Below, piece after piece: positions 14,523 to 21,982 of a stretch of DNA of 23,982 nucleotides (positions are counted from its first letter, which is position 1; every line of letters begins with the position of its first letter). The notes under the pieces were generated by a model. It had not been told where the DNA came from. It saw nothing but the letters and a program-made list of their open reading frames with translations, and did no database searches. Source of the DNA: Nitrososphaerota archaeon (GTDB lineage: Archaea; Thermoproteota; Nitrososphaeria; Nitrososphaerales; Nitrosopumilaceae); contig JAJPGU010000004.1 of the NCBI GenBank assembly GCA_021325615.1, positions 30,001 to 53,982 on the forward strand, in the 5' to 3' direction. The translations under genes were made by a program, and so were the position numbers.

Positions 14523-15257
14523 CTACCGGAGTTTTTTTGCCCGCTCGATGCACTTTTCAGCCTCGGCCTTTCTGCCAAGATAGGCAAGTATCCGACCCTT
14601 GTTCTGCCATGCCGGGCCAAACCTAGGATTTTCCTTCAAGGCCCTTTCAAAAGATTCAAGCGCCTCCCCTGCCCTGCCCACCTGGAAGAGACACACTCCC
14701 CTAAAGTTCCAAAGCGCCTCATCGTGCAGCCCGCGGGATACAGCCGTGTCAAATGATTCCAGAGCCTCCGCATACCGCCCCATTTCAGAAAGTGCCACAC
14801 CCCTAAGGTTCCACCCCTTGAGAGATTCCGGGTTTATTTCCAGCAATTTCTCGTAGCACCCAAGAGCCTCCTCATGCCTGCCCAGCATCGAAAGGCAGTC
14901 ACCCCTCCTCTTCCATGCAATCTCGTGCCTTGGGAGAAGGGCGTTTACCTGCTCGTAAACCTCCAGCGCCTCTCCGAATTTCCGCGAGGCGAAAAGCTTC
15001 TCGCCGCTCTCAAACATCCCCACTGCGTCCTCGGGATAAATCTCGGAGAACCTTTTGTGGTCCTTCCTTTCCTCTTTTCCCTGGTCCTTTAGGATATTGT
15101 AAGCCTCTGTAATCATCTTGAAATCGTCGCCGCCTTTTGAGGTGTTCTTGTCAGGGTGGTGCTTGAGTACAAGTCTCCGGTATGCCTCCCTTACCTCCCT
15201 CATAGATGCCCCCGGCTCAAGGCCCAGTATTTTATAATATCTTGAGATCTCAGGCAC
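14523..15257 (-). CDS. J-domain (DnaJ-like) protein fused to TPR repeats
   Basis: YYKILGLEPGASMREVREAYRRLVLKHHPDKN carries the HPD motif. About five TPR-like units follow (for example WKRRGDCLSMLGRHEEALGCYEKLLEINP). It lacks the Gly/Phe region and the Zn finger. GTG start. Confidence 0.8.
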   Translation of the reverse strand: MPEISRYYKILGLEPGASMREVREAYRRLVLKHHPDKNTSKGGDDFKMITEAYNILKDQGKEERKDHKRFSEIYPEDAVGMFESGEKLFASRKFGEALEVYEQVNALLPRHEIAWKRRGDCLSMLGRHEEALGCYEKLLEINPESLKGWNLRGVALSEMGRYAEALESFDTAVSRGLHDEALWNFRGVCLFQVGRAGEALESFERALKENPRFGPAWQNKGRILAYLGRKAEAEKCIERAKKLR

Positions 15258-15476
15258 TTGCCATCCCCCGATAAAGGCCCGGCCTGTGAAAACTTTTCAA
15301 GTAACGCATTTCCGACACAACAATATTGGTTTTACCACGATATTGACGTAAAAACTCTACTTTTGTGGGGGAATTTGCCAACAATTATCCATGATACAGA
15401 GTTGAAGAATCTTTTATCCAGAGTATCAAAAAGTTCTTCCCCAAGAAATAAATTGAAAAATTATTTAGCAGAAAAA

Positions 15477-15641
15477 ATGCCGAACCAAACAATAAACGAA
15501 CTTGTAAAGATGGCAGACAAGATAGTCATCGACGAGGTAAAGGGCAAACAGGTCACTTTGAAGATAAGCTGGTTTGATCTCAAGGGGGCAAGAAAGTCCA
15601 AGAAGTTTATGCTAAACGAGAAGGAAAAGATCGAGTTCTAG
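15477..15641 (+). CDS. Small hypothetical protein (54 aa from ATG 15477)
   Basis: MPNQTINELVKMADKIVIDEVKGKQVTLKISWFDLKGARKSKKFMLNEKEKIEF has typical codon usage. The part of the track ORF upstream (from 15258) is AT-rich and promoter-like. A/T boxes lie 10-25 nt upstream of this ATG. Confidence 0.35.
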   Translation: MPNQTINELVKMADKIVIDEVKGKQVTLKISWFDLKGARKSKKFMLNEKEKIEF

Positions 15642-15664
15642 GATCCTCGCCCCCACTCCCTTTC

Positions 15665-15684
15665 TTTTTCCGATCAATTTTTTT
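15665..15684 (+). terminator. Oligo-T tracts after 15477-15641
   Basis: ttttt at 15665-15669 and ttttttt at 15678-15684. Confidence 0.35.
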
Positions 15685-16102
15685 AAAAACAATCTTTACT
15701 GTTATAAGATAAAAATTTTGTTCATAAATCCGTCCAACCACTAATAAGCAAAATTGCGCTTTGCCAAGTGGCGGACCTCCCTTGTTTGTGAAAAGCCCGG
15801 AACTCAGGACCACCACCGTGACCTGAACGATCCCTACCCACACAAGCAAGGAACGCCTACCATATCAAGATGGCCCGCTTTCACCTCATGGAGAGCAAGG
15901 ATACACCCTCCCAGCCTGCATGACCATCGGGCCCGCAATGCTCCAGATGGAAGGCCACGGTCACAGAAATGCCCAATAGACCTGGGCGCCATATTACTAC
16001 ATGATCTTCGTCCTCAATGGGAAGAGGAGGTCTCTCTTCAGAAAGCTGTTTGTCCTTTATTCCATTGAGTTCGTCCACTGCGAGGAGGACCTCTAGCCAA
16101 GG

Positions 16103-16110
16103 GATTAAAG
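16103..16110. promoter_or_regulatory. TATA-like box (gattaaag) equidistant from GTG 16134 (+) and GTG 16078 (-)
   Basis: The centre is about 27-28 nt from each candidate start, so this could be a bidirectional promoter. Confidence 0.3.
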
Positions 16111-16133
16111 CGCCCCCTTGCCAAATAGAAGAC

Positions 16134-16370
16134 GTGAAGTCAGAGGAATCGGTCAAGTCCATGCTAGAGTGTTTCACGCTTGAGCAGCTTCACGGGCTCT
16201 GTAGGGAATACAAGCGGGAGATGAGGCAACAGGATTATGCAGACATGGTCGTGCTTGGCGAGACAGACGGCGAGATAATAAAGAAGAGGTTCATCCCGCA
16301 TGTTGTCCGGTTTTTTGAGAGATCAGAGGTCCTCCAATACGCAAAAAAGTTCCAGATAAAGATAGGCTGA
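16134..16370 (+). CDS. Small hypothetical protein (78 aa from GTG 16134, or 69 aa from ATG 16161)
   Basis: VKSEESVKSMLECFTLEQLHGLCREYKREMRQQDYADMVVLGETDGEIIKKRFIPHVVRFFERSEVLQYAKKFQIKIG has typical AAG/GAG/AGG/ATA usage. The N-terminal part of the track ORF (from 16017) is Ser/Arg-rich and looks non-coding. Confidence 0.45.
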   Translation: MKSEESVKSMLECFTLEQLHGLCREYKREMRQQDYADMVVLGETDGEIIKKRFIPHVVRFFERSEVLQYAKKFQIKIG

Positions 16371-16371
16371 G

Positions 16372-16995
16372 TCACGGCCGGGTTCCGCCAAGGGTCGAGT
16401 TGCCAAGGGTTCCGTTCTCCGAATAGAGGAGGCCCGCCACTGACATCCGCGCCCATTCAAGCTCGAGCTGCTGCCTTGTGTCTCCATAGTTTCCCTTTTC
16501 CTTGCATGACCATGTCCCGTTTCCAAAAAGGATCCCTGAAAACTCAGCCATGGTGTAGTTTTTTTCATATGAATAAGGGATGATTCCAAAAAGCCTCTCC
16601 CTTACCTTGAGCGTTGCAGTAAAGTCTGGATTTGGCAACTGGCCAAGGCTCCACCCCACAAAGGAATTCATCGTGTCAATGTCTGAAAATTCCATCCTGC
16701 CGCCAAGGGGTTTGGCAGAGAACGGCCCAAGGCTTGACGCATGGAGGTCAAGTTCGCCATATGGCCCCGTGCTGCCTCCCAGCACTGCCCCTACCCCATC
16801 TAAGACGACCGGTACCGGCGAGGGGTTGCAGGCAAGGAATGAGATCTGCATGCCGGATGTGTCAACCTCACCTACCCCGTTGCCGACAAGCTCAATGCTT
16901 TTTTCCGAGTGGTGCAGTACGACAAAGGAGGCTGCCACAAGGATGGAAATGGCCGATATCACTGCCGCCGTAAGCTTCTTCAAGATCGGGTTCAT
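16372..16995 (-). CDS. Membrane-anchored extracytoplasmic protein, hypothetical (possibly a LEA_2/NDR1-like beta-sandwich)
   Basis: From ATG 16995 the product starts MNPILKKLTAAVISAISILVAASFVVL (signal anchor), followed by a Gly-rich beta domain. The 35 aa upstream in the track ORF carry no recognisable feature. Confidence 0.55.
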   Translation of the reverse strand: MNPILKKLTAAVISAISILVAASFVVLHHSEKSIELVGNGVGEVDTSGMQISFLACNPSPVPVVLDGVGAVLGGSTGPYGELDLHASSLGPFSAKPLGGRMEFSDIDTMNSFVGWSLGQLPNPDFTATLKVRERLFGIIPYSYEKNYTMAEFSGILFGNGTWSCKEKGNYGDTRQQLELEWARMSVAGLLYSENGTLGNSTLGGTRP

Positions 16996-17099
16996 GTTTC
17001 CTTGGCGACATAAAACCCTTAGCGGCTGCCAATTCGGTACCGGATGCATGCAATGGAATTCCACTTTACTTATTAATCGAGCGGTATAACCTAGGAACA

Positions 17100-17690
17100 A
17101 TGAGAAGGAAGGAAAAGTTCAGCGTATCGCTTTCAAAGGAAATCCTTGCAAGCCTAAGGGGCGCCGCAAAAAAAGAGAACATGTCAGTAAACAGGTTCAT
17201 AGGCAAGACTTTGGAGAACTTTGCGATCTGGGACATGCATAATGCCGAGTTCGTGCCAATACGCAAGGCCCTGCTTTCTAAAATGCTTGAAAGATTCACC
17301 CTTGAGGAGATAGACCAGATAGCAAAGAACATGGCCCGCACCGAGAACAAGGACACTGTTCTGAGGATTTCAAGCCAGTTTGATGCACTGGCTGCTCTCA
17401 GGACGTTCGAGGGCTGGCTGCGCATGACTGGCTTTCCATATTCTTATGACGTTGATGGGACCGTCCACAGGTTTGTTGTGCTCCATGACCTGGGCCTCAA
17501 GTGGTCGATATACCTTGTAAAGATGATCTCAAGTACGATAATACAATTTGACGTGTTTCCAAAATATGATTACACCGATAAGATACTTTCAATCACGGTG
17601 GACCTGTCGGAAGCCGAAGCTGCAAAAGAGGCCACCGAGAAGCAGATAAAGATTTTACAATCGGCAATACAGGAACTGCAGAACAAGTAG
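17100..17690 (+). CDS. Ribbon-helix-helix regulator with C-terminal domain and coiled-coil tail; paralog of 10101-10655
   Basis: N-terminal FSVSLSKEILASLRGAAKKENMSVNRFIGKTLENFAIW is RHH-like. C-terminal matches to the paralog include WD..., F.PI.K, EEIDQIA, and HRFVVLHDLGLKWSIY versus HTYVMKHDIGKNWSVY. Confidence 0.65.
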   Translation: MRRKEKFSVSLSKEILASLRGAAKKENMSVNRFIGKTLENFAIWDMHNAEFVPIRKALLSKMLERFTLEEIDQIAKNMARTENKDTVLRISSQFDALAALRTFEGWLRMTGFPYSYDVDGTVHRFVVLHDLGLKWSIYLVKMISSTIIQFDVFPKYDYTDKILSITVDLSEAEAAKEATEKQIKILQSAIQELQNK

Positions 17691-17693
17691 GCA

Positions 17694-17867
17694 CTACTGG
17701 GCCGGCCCGGACTTGCGTAGCAAGAACTGCCTGAGGCTTCCATACGAATAATCGATGCCGTGCTCTTCTGACGAGTGCTTCATGAACTTTTTGAGCACGT
17801 CCTGCTCTTCACCCTCCGCCTCATACTGGCATTCAAACCCATAGTCGGCGCACGCGAATTTTACCAT
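17694..17867 (-). CDS. DUF1059-like small protein, 57 aa (below the ORF-track cut-off)
   Basis: Hand translation gives MVKFACADYGFECQYEAEGEEQDVLKKFMKHSSEEHGIDYSYGSLRQFLLRKSGPAQ with stop TAG (cta at 17694-17696). The M-x-K-F-x-C-x-D-x-G-F-x-C pattern with a later H..EEHG matches my recollection of DUF1059. Confidence 0.65.
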   Translation of the reverse strand: MVKFACADYGFECQYEAEGEEQDVLKKFMKHSSEEHGIDYSYGSLRQFLLRKSGPAQ

Positions 17868-18271
17868 GACATAAGATGCCAGACTTTTATCTTAAGGGAT
17901 AGCTTGATCAGAAACTGCCAACAGGCAGGCACCAAGATACGGACGTGCCGCTGTACAAATGACAAGGATTGCGCCCCAAGCCTTCCCCATAATGAATGGA
18001 TGGCTTGTTTTCGGGCAGATTTTCCGTAAAGCACGTTTATTGAAATCACCAGTGCAGGCGCGGAGATGCCCCCGGCTTGCCGCCTCACACCACCCCGGAT
18101 CCCGGACAGCACCCCCAAAATCAACTCGTCGCGCTCCTCTAAAGTCAGATGCCAAGTGCCGCATGCAAGAGTGGGGGGTAGCCAAGGTACACATTGTGTA
18201 CATACGCGATTTATCTTGCGCATGCCAATTGTAATTCATGCCAATTAGGATGTGCAGGAGCAAGTGGTCCC

Positions 18272-18589
18272 ATGACTAACATCTCCCAGAGAAAGCTGTA
18301 CCCCTGGCCTGAAAGGGATCCACTGATAGACGTGATAGAGAGAGGCAGGACTGTCAGGGTCATAGTGGTACTGCCAAGGATAACCGCCGAGGATGTCTGG
18401 TTCACAGTAAAGAACGGCGTGATGGTAGTCGAGATTTCCAAGTACGGTCAGATTTTCAGAAAAGAGTCCCCCTGCAAATCCAAGGGCTGCCACCTTGTGC
18501 TTATCCGCTCCGCGGTGCACAACTCGGTCCTCGAGGCGGTCTTTAACAAGGTTCCGCAAATAGGAACGGAGAGACAGAAATCCTCATAG
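18272..18589 (+). CDS. Small Hsp20/alpha-crystallin-domain-like protein
   Basis: DPLIDVIERGRTVRVIVVLPRITAEDVWFTVKNGVMVVEI...AVHNSVLEAVFNK follows the ACD pattern P.vDv.E......v...LPG...EDi...v....L.i ... NGVLev...K. ATG 18272 is preferred because the upstream part of the track ORF lies in the GC-rich stretch that shows no coding signal. Confidence 0.6.
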   Translation: MTNISQRKLYPWPERDPLIDVIERGRTVRVIVVLPRITAEDVWFTVKNGVMVVEISKYGQIFRKESPCKSKGCHLVLIRSAVHNSVLEAVFNKVPQIGTERQKSS

Positions 18590-18657
18590 GCAGTCCTAAA
18601 AAGGCACAAATAAAAATGAAAGATCTGGAATTATGACAAAAGTAGGATTTCAGAGCC

Positions 18658-18918
18658 CTACCTCTTGGTAGATCTCCAGATTATCCCCACAAATGACACA
18701 ACGTTGGCCGTTCCCATAAGTGCTGCCATCTCGTATATGATTGGGCTCACGTCGGCCTTTGCATTCACCGCGCTGTCATATGCCGGCACAAGCACAAAGA
18801 GCGTGACCAGGCAGGACGCCAGAAGGATGGCGATTCCGATTGCAAACTGCGGCTCCTTGAGCCCCCTAGGCTCTGGCGCAATTGTCTCCAGTCCTGCGTT
18901 TTCAAGTTCGTGTTTCAT
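18658..18918 (-). CDS. Small two-TM membrane protein, hypothetical
   Basis: Hydrophobic helices FAIGIAILLASCLVTLFVLV and AALMGTANVVSFVGIIW. An A/T box (aaaattttaaaag) lies about 25 nt upstream of the ATG. Confidence 0.5.
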   Translation of the reverse strand: MKHELENAGLETIAPEPRGLKEPQFAIGIAILLASCLVTLFVLVPAYDSAVNAKADVSPIIYEMAALMGTANVVSFVGIIWRSTKR

Positions 18919-19266
18919 AATGACGCGCGTTTCTGAAAACTTTTAAAATTTTGTAAAGGCAGGATCTCAAATCAAGATAATTTGGACGGATGAGAGGTTA
19001 AAACATATTTGCCTATTTGGTTTTTCTTGGCAAAAACACGAAATTCCCGCCGTATCAGATTAATCTTGCATGTTATGGCATGAAAACAGCAAATTTTAGA
19101 CCTCCTTTACCGTCTTTCCAAGAACATGCCGAGCCATCTCAAAAGGGAATCCTCCTCCTACCGATTGTTATGTAATTTCCCTCCAGAGGAATTACTAAAT
19201 TTATAGGAATTCTGGTGAAAAAACAGCTAAGGATTAAAAGAAAGGATGTCACAACTATGAAAACGA

Positions 19267-19629
19267 ATGACGCTGCCGAAAGGATTCGGATCGGGCGGCG
19301 GAGCCTCCAGTTCCGACGTATCCAAGATGATAGGAAGACGCATTGAGAACTATATCGGAGTAATCACGGGCGTCTTTGTTGGATGCTGGCTTGGAACATG
19401 GGGAGGAGTCGCCGTCGCGGTAACCTACTATCCATGGGCATACCCCCCGCCGAGTGCACATTTTGCCTTGACCGTGCTCACCATCATAGAGTCGATAGGG
19501 TATCTGTTTTGTGTCAAGGTGGCAACAGAAGGCACAGACAAGGCCAAGACCTACAACGGTCTCATCGCCGGAATCATTGCCGCAATATCTGTTGGCACAG
19601 TGCTCACGGACTCATTCTTCTTCGGATAG
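19267..19629 (+). CDS. Small integral membrane protein (about three TM helices), hypothetical
   Basis: Helices IGVITGVFVGCWLGTWGGVAVAV, FALTVLTIIESIGYLFCV and LIAGIIAAISVGTVL. The box gattaaaag lies about 25 nt upstream. Confidence 0.55.
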   Translation: MTLPKGFGSGGGASSSDVSKMIGRRIENYIGVITGVFVGCWLGTWGGVAVAVTYYPWAYPPPSAHFALTVLTIIESIGYLFCVKVATEGTDKAKTYNGLIAGIIAAISVGTVLTDSFFFG

Positions 19630-19643
19630 AGGGTTTCCCAAAA

Positions 19644-19662
19644 TTTTTGAAACCTATTTTTT
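19644..19662 (+). terminator. Oligo-T tracts between convergent genes
   Basis: ttttt at 19644-19648 and tttttt at 19657-19662. A GC hairpin gccgcc-actt-ggcggc follows at 19689-19704. Confidence 0.4.
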
Positions 19663-19720
19663 AATGCAAATGTCAGAGGTTTGCATGCGCCGCCACTTGG
19701 CGGCATTTCATAGCCGTAAT

Positions 19721-19981
19721 CTAGTGAGCCTTGACTAGCGTGGTAGTAGTTTTTACGTGCGGCGTCTTTCGTATCCTCTGTTCAATAATCTCGATCAAGG
19801 ATTCCACAGTAGGAGCCTCGACGCTGCTGAGGATGTCATGAGGCCCGTGGGTCCTTATCGCCTCCTTGATCCCGCCAATCGATCTGATGTGCTCGACAAC
19901 GTCGTTTTCATGTCCCGCCTCGCAGTTTATCATCACAAATGCAGTCTGCAGCGAGTCTATCACCTGGGGTGTCCTGAGCAT
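19721..19981 (-). CDS. Stand-alone Lrp/AsnC-type ligand-binding (RAM) domain protein
   Basis: AFVMINCEAGHENDVVEHIRSIGGIKEAIRTHGPHDILSSVEAPTVESLIEIIEQRIRKTPHVKTTTTLV fits the AsnC_trans_reg domain pattern. No N-terminal HTH is present. Confidence 0.7.
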   Translation of the reverse strand: MLRTPQVIDSLQTAFVMINCEAGHENDVVEHIRSIGGIKEAIRTHGPHDILSSVEAPTVESLIEIIEQRIRKTPHVKTTTTLVKAH

Positions 19982-20062
19982 GGAACATTTTTTGGCAAGT
20001 ATGCTTATTACTCAAATTCAACATACAAGCTGATTTATCATAATCCTAGCTGAAAAAAGACA

Positions 20063-20455
20063 CTACGTCCTTTTCTTTACTAGAAAGAATCCTGCCAGAA
20101 AGAGCGAGGCGCTTAGCATGAAGGAGGTGAGGTTCAGCACAAGATAACCGATCCCTACAGGGATTGGCAGGTACGCGGTAGGTATGCACAGCCCGTGGAT
20201 GAAGGTGTCACAGGCGGGGAACCGCCTTGGGATCTGGTTGCTTAGAGAAGCCGACTGCCTAGTTATGACTCCCACGGCATAGGGCGACAACAAGAGAAAG
20301 AAACCTGCAATGGACCTGCGGTCAAACCTGCCCATTTTTTTTGAAACCAACCTGCAAATAATGGAGCCCAAGCTCCTCAGTCCCGGCAGGGCCATACCAA
20401 CCCAAGCCCCCTCCTTCCCTAAAGCATTGCGAATTGACTCGTGCACAGGTCTCAT
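20063..20455 (-). CDS. Hypothetical membrane protein (130 aa from ATG 20455)
   Basis: Hydrophobic helices IAGFFLLLSPYAVGVI and IGYLVLNLTSFMLSASLFLAGFFLV. The box tttttttattc lies about 25 nt upstream of ATG 20455. Confidence 0.4.
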   Translation of the reverse strand: MRPVHESIRNALGKEGAWVGMALPGLRSLGSIICRLVSKKMGRFDRRSIAGFFLLLSPYAVGVITRQSASLSNQIPRRFPACDTFIHGLCIPTAYLPIPVGIGYLVLNLTSFMLSASLFLAGFFLVKKRT

Positions 20456-20498
20456 TTTTACAAGTCTGATCCAGAATAAAAAAAGGTAGGTGGGACAC

Positions 20499-20837
20499 CT
20501 ATGCTGTGAGTACCCCAATCACGGTTGTGCCTTCCGCCTTTAGTGCAGAAGAGGCACTGCCAGAGGTTCCATCCATCCCGGTACAGGATACCGTCGTGGA
20601 ATTGTCTCCTGCCGGTGCAACGACTTTAGCCACTCCTCCCGGATTTGCAGTCGCGTTGACCATTGTGCCAGAAGGCGAGAAGACAAAGCTGCAGAATGCA
20701 CCCTTTTCAGGGGTCATTGTCGCATTGTCCCTTACCTGCACAAGTACGTTGTGCGATGCCGCATAGATTGCGGGCAGGCCAAAGATCCCCGCTACGGCTG
20801 CGGTAGCAAGCACGCCGAGTGTGAGCTTGGCATACAT
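20499..20837 (-). CDS. Small secreted protein, hypothetical (112 aa from ATG 20837)
   Basis: Signal peptide MYAKLTLGVLATAAVAGIFGLPAIYAAS, then a Gly/Thr/Ser-rich beta domain. The box ttattaatg overlaps the track ATG 20861 and lies about 25 nt upstream of ATG 20837. Confidence 0.5.
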   Translation of the reverse strand: MYAKLTLGVLATAAVAGIFGLPAIYAASHNVLVQVRDNATMTPEKGAFCSFVFSPSGTMVNATANPGGVAKVVAPAGDNSTTVSCTGMDGTSGSASSALKAEGTTVIGVLTA

Positions 20838-20962
20838 GCTGCTGTTTTGGTGTAATTTCATTAATAACGAATCATGCCAAATTTGAAGATAAAGTGCACT
20901 AAGCTTTGATACGACATCTGACTACATAGAAGTTTTCTATGTCTCTTCGCAATATGCCGGAT

Positions 20963-21394
20963 TCAGGGCCTTGCCATGCGGCTCTTTGCCGCTTCACGAA
21001 ACTTGGTGACTGCAAATCCTTCGACCTCCGTAAACAGCGCCTGTGCAGATATGGGCTTGTTCAATACCGATGCGTGTTCCGAAAGCTGATGGAGTTTTTG
21101 CAGCAGATCGTTGCCATATCCGGTTATGAAAATTATTTTTTGCTTGGGAAATACCCCCTGTATGGCCTTTGCAGTCTCGACGCCGTCCATTCCCATCATT
21201 TTCTGGTCTAGTATTACTGCATCAAAATACTGCTTGACCTGCCCGTCAGGCTGCTTTGTGTATTGCTTGTATATCCTTTGGCAGTCAAACCCGTTGTTTG
21301 TTATTGTCACCTCATGCCCCCGGTCCTCAAGTATGGCCCGGTACGAATCTGCAAGGTCCTTGTTGTCATCTGCGATGAGTATCTTGAGAGGCAT
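20963..21394 (-). CDS. CheY-like response regulator receiver domain protein (no recognisable output domain)
   Basis: ILIADDNKD (acidic pocket), FDAVILDQKMMGMDG (phospho-acceptor Asp), IIFITGYG (conserved Thr), LNKP (conserved Lys). Confidence 0.85.
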   Translation of the reverse strand: MPLKILIADDNKDLADSYRAILEDRGHEVTITNNGFDCQRIYKQYTKQPDGQVKQYFDAVILDQKMMGMDGVETAKAIQGVFPKQKIIFITGYGNDLLQKLHQLSEHASVLNKPISAQALFTEVEGFAVTKFREAAKSRMARP

Positions 21395-21600
21395 TTTTTC
21401 CTACAGTCTAGGAGATCTGGCAGATGGTTAACCCTTTGTCTGTTTACAATGCACAACGCAAGAGGCAAAACATGAGAAGAGGCTTCCACAGGTACGACGG
21501 TTGATTCAACTTTTCGAGAAATGATAAAAATTCGAAAGAGTAACACAGTTTTAGAAATTTAATATTGTAATGGATTTGTTTGCCTTTGAGAGTCATATGG

Positions 21601-21885
21601 CTACCACCATCTTCTTGTTACTGCCAAAATTACTGCGCCGGATGACAGAAACCCTATCTCCAAACCAAGATAACCGGAAAATCGATTTTTTATATCATCC
21701 AATGTTACACATTTTACATTGGTGCAGACAGTAGGTACACCGTTACGTATGTGTTGGCGCGAATTGAAGTCATTTACCGCATCAAAATAGTTTACAGCAT
21801 TACTTGTTGAGATCCAAATTCCAAAACCAAGCAAAATTCCAGCAGGAATAATGAAAAATAGAGATTGTTTCTTCACAGAAATCAT
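21601..21885 (-). CDS. Small two-TM membrane protein, hypothetical, AT-rich
   Basis: Helices LFFIIPAGILLGFGIWI and LGLEIGFLSSGAVILAV. Codon usage (AAA, AAT, ATT) differs from its neighbours. Confidence 0.45.
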   Translation of the reverse strand: MISVKKQSLFFIIPAGILLGFGIWISTSNAVNYFDAVNDFNSRQHIRNGVPTVCTNVKCVTLDDIKNRFSGYLGLEIGFLSSGAVILAVTRRWW

Positions 21886-21982
21886 TATTCATATTATGAT
21901 TTAACATATTTCCAACAATTCCCACTTCGTCATAACGCTAGTTAGTACACCGTTTTTGTGCCTAGGAGGGGGCGTTCCTTTT

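Noticed and set aside
16580-17089. 169-aa and 113-aa plus-strand ORFs
   Set aside because: They are antisense to 16372-16995, which has a clear N-terminal TM anchor. The plus-strand translations are Pro/Ser/Thr low-complexity.
17900-18200. Naming the GC-rich element as SRP RNA or RNase P RNA
   Set aside because: There are suggestive fragments: GGGGGUGCUGU on the minus strand, ACGGAAAAUCUGCCCGAAAACAAGCC resembling the RNase P J11/12 region, and CUGUACAAAU resembling an Alu-domain U-turn. However, I could not find the RNase P GAGGAAAGUCC / CCGGCUUA P4 pair. Nor could I find an SRP helix 8 with a GNAR tetraloop and AGCA loop in a consistent order and orientation. The element is left unclassified.
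17861-18263. 120-aa and 123-aa minus-strand ORFs, and the plus-strand ORFs 17959-18234 and 18066-18248
   Set aside because: They overlap one another in five frames within a GC-rich spacer. None has a plausible protein composition or start context. I read this as stop-codon paucity from GC-rich, possibly structured, sequence.
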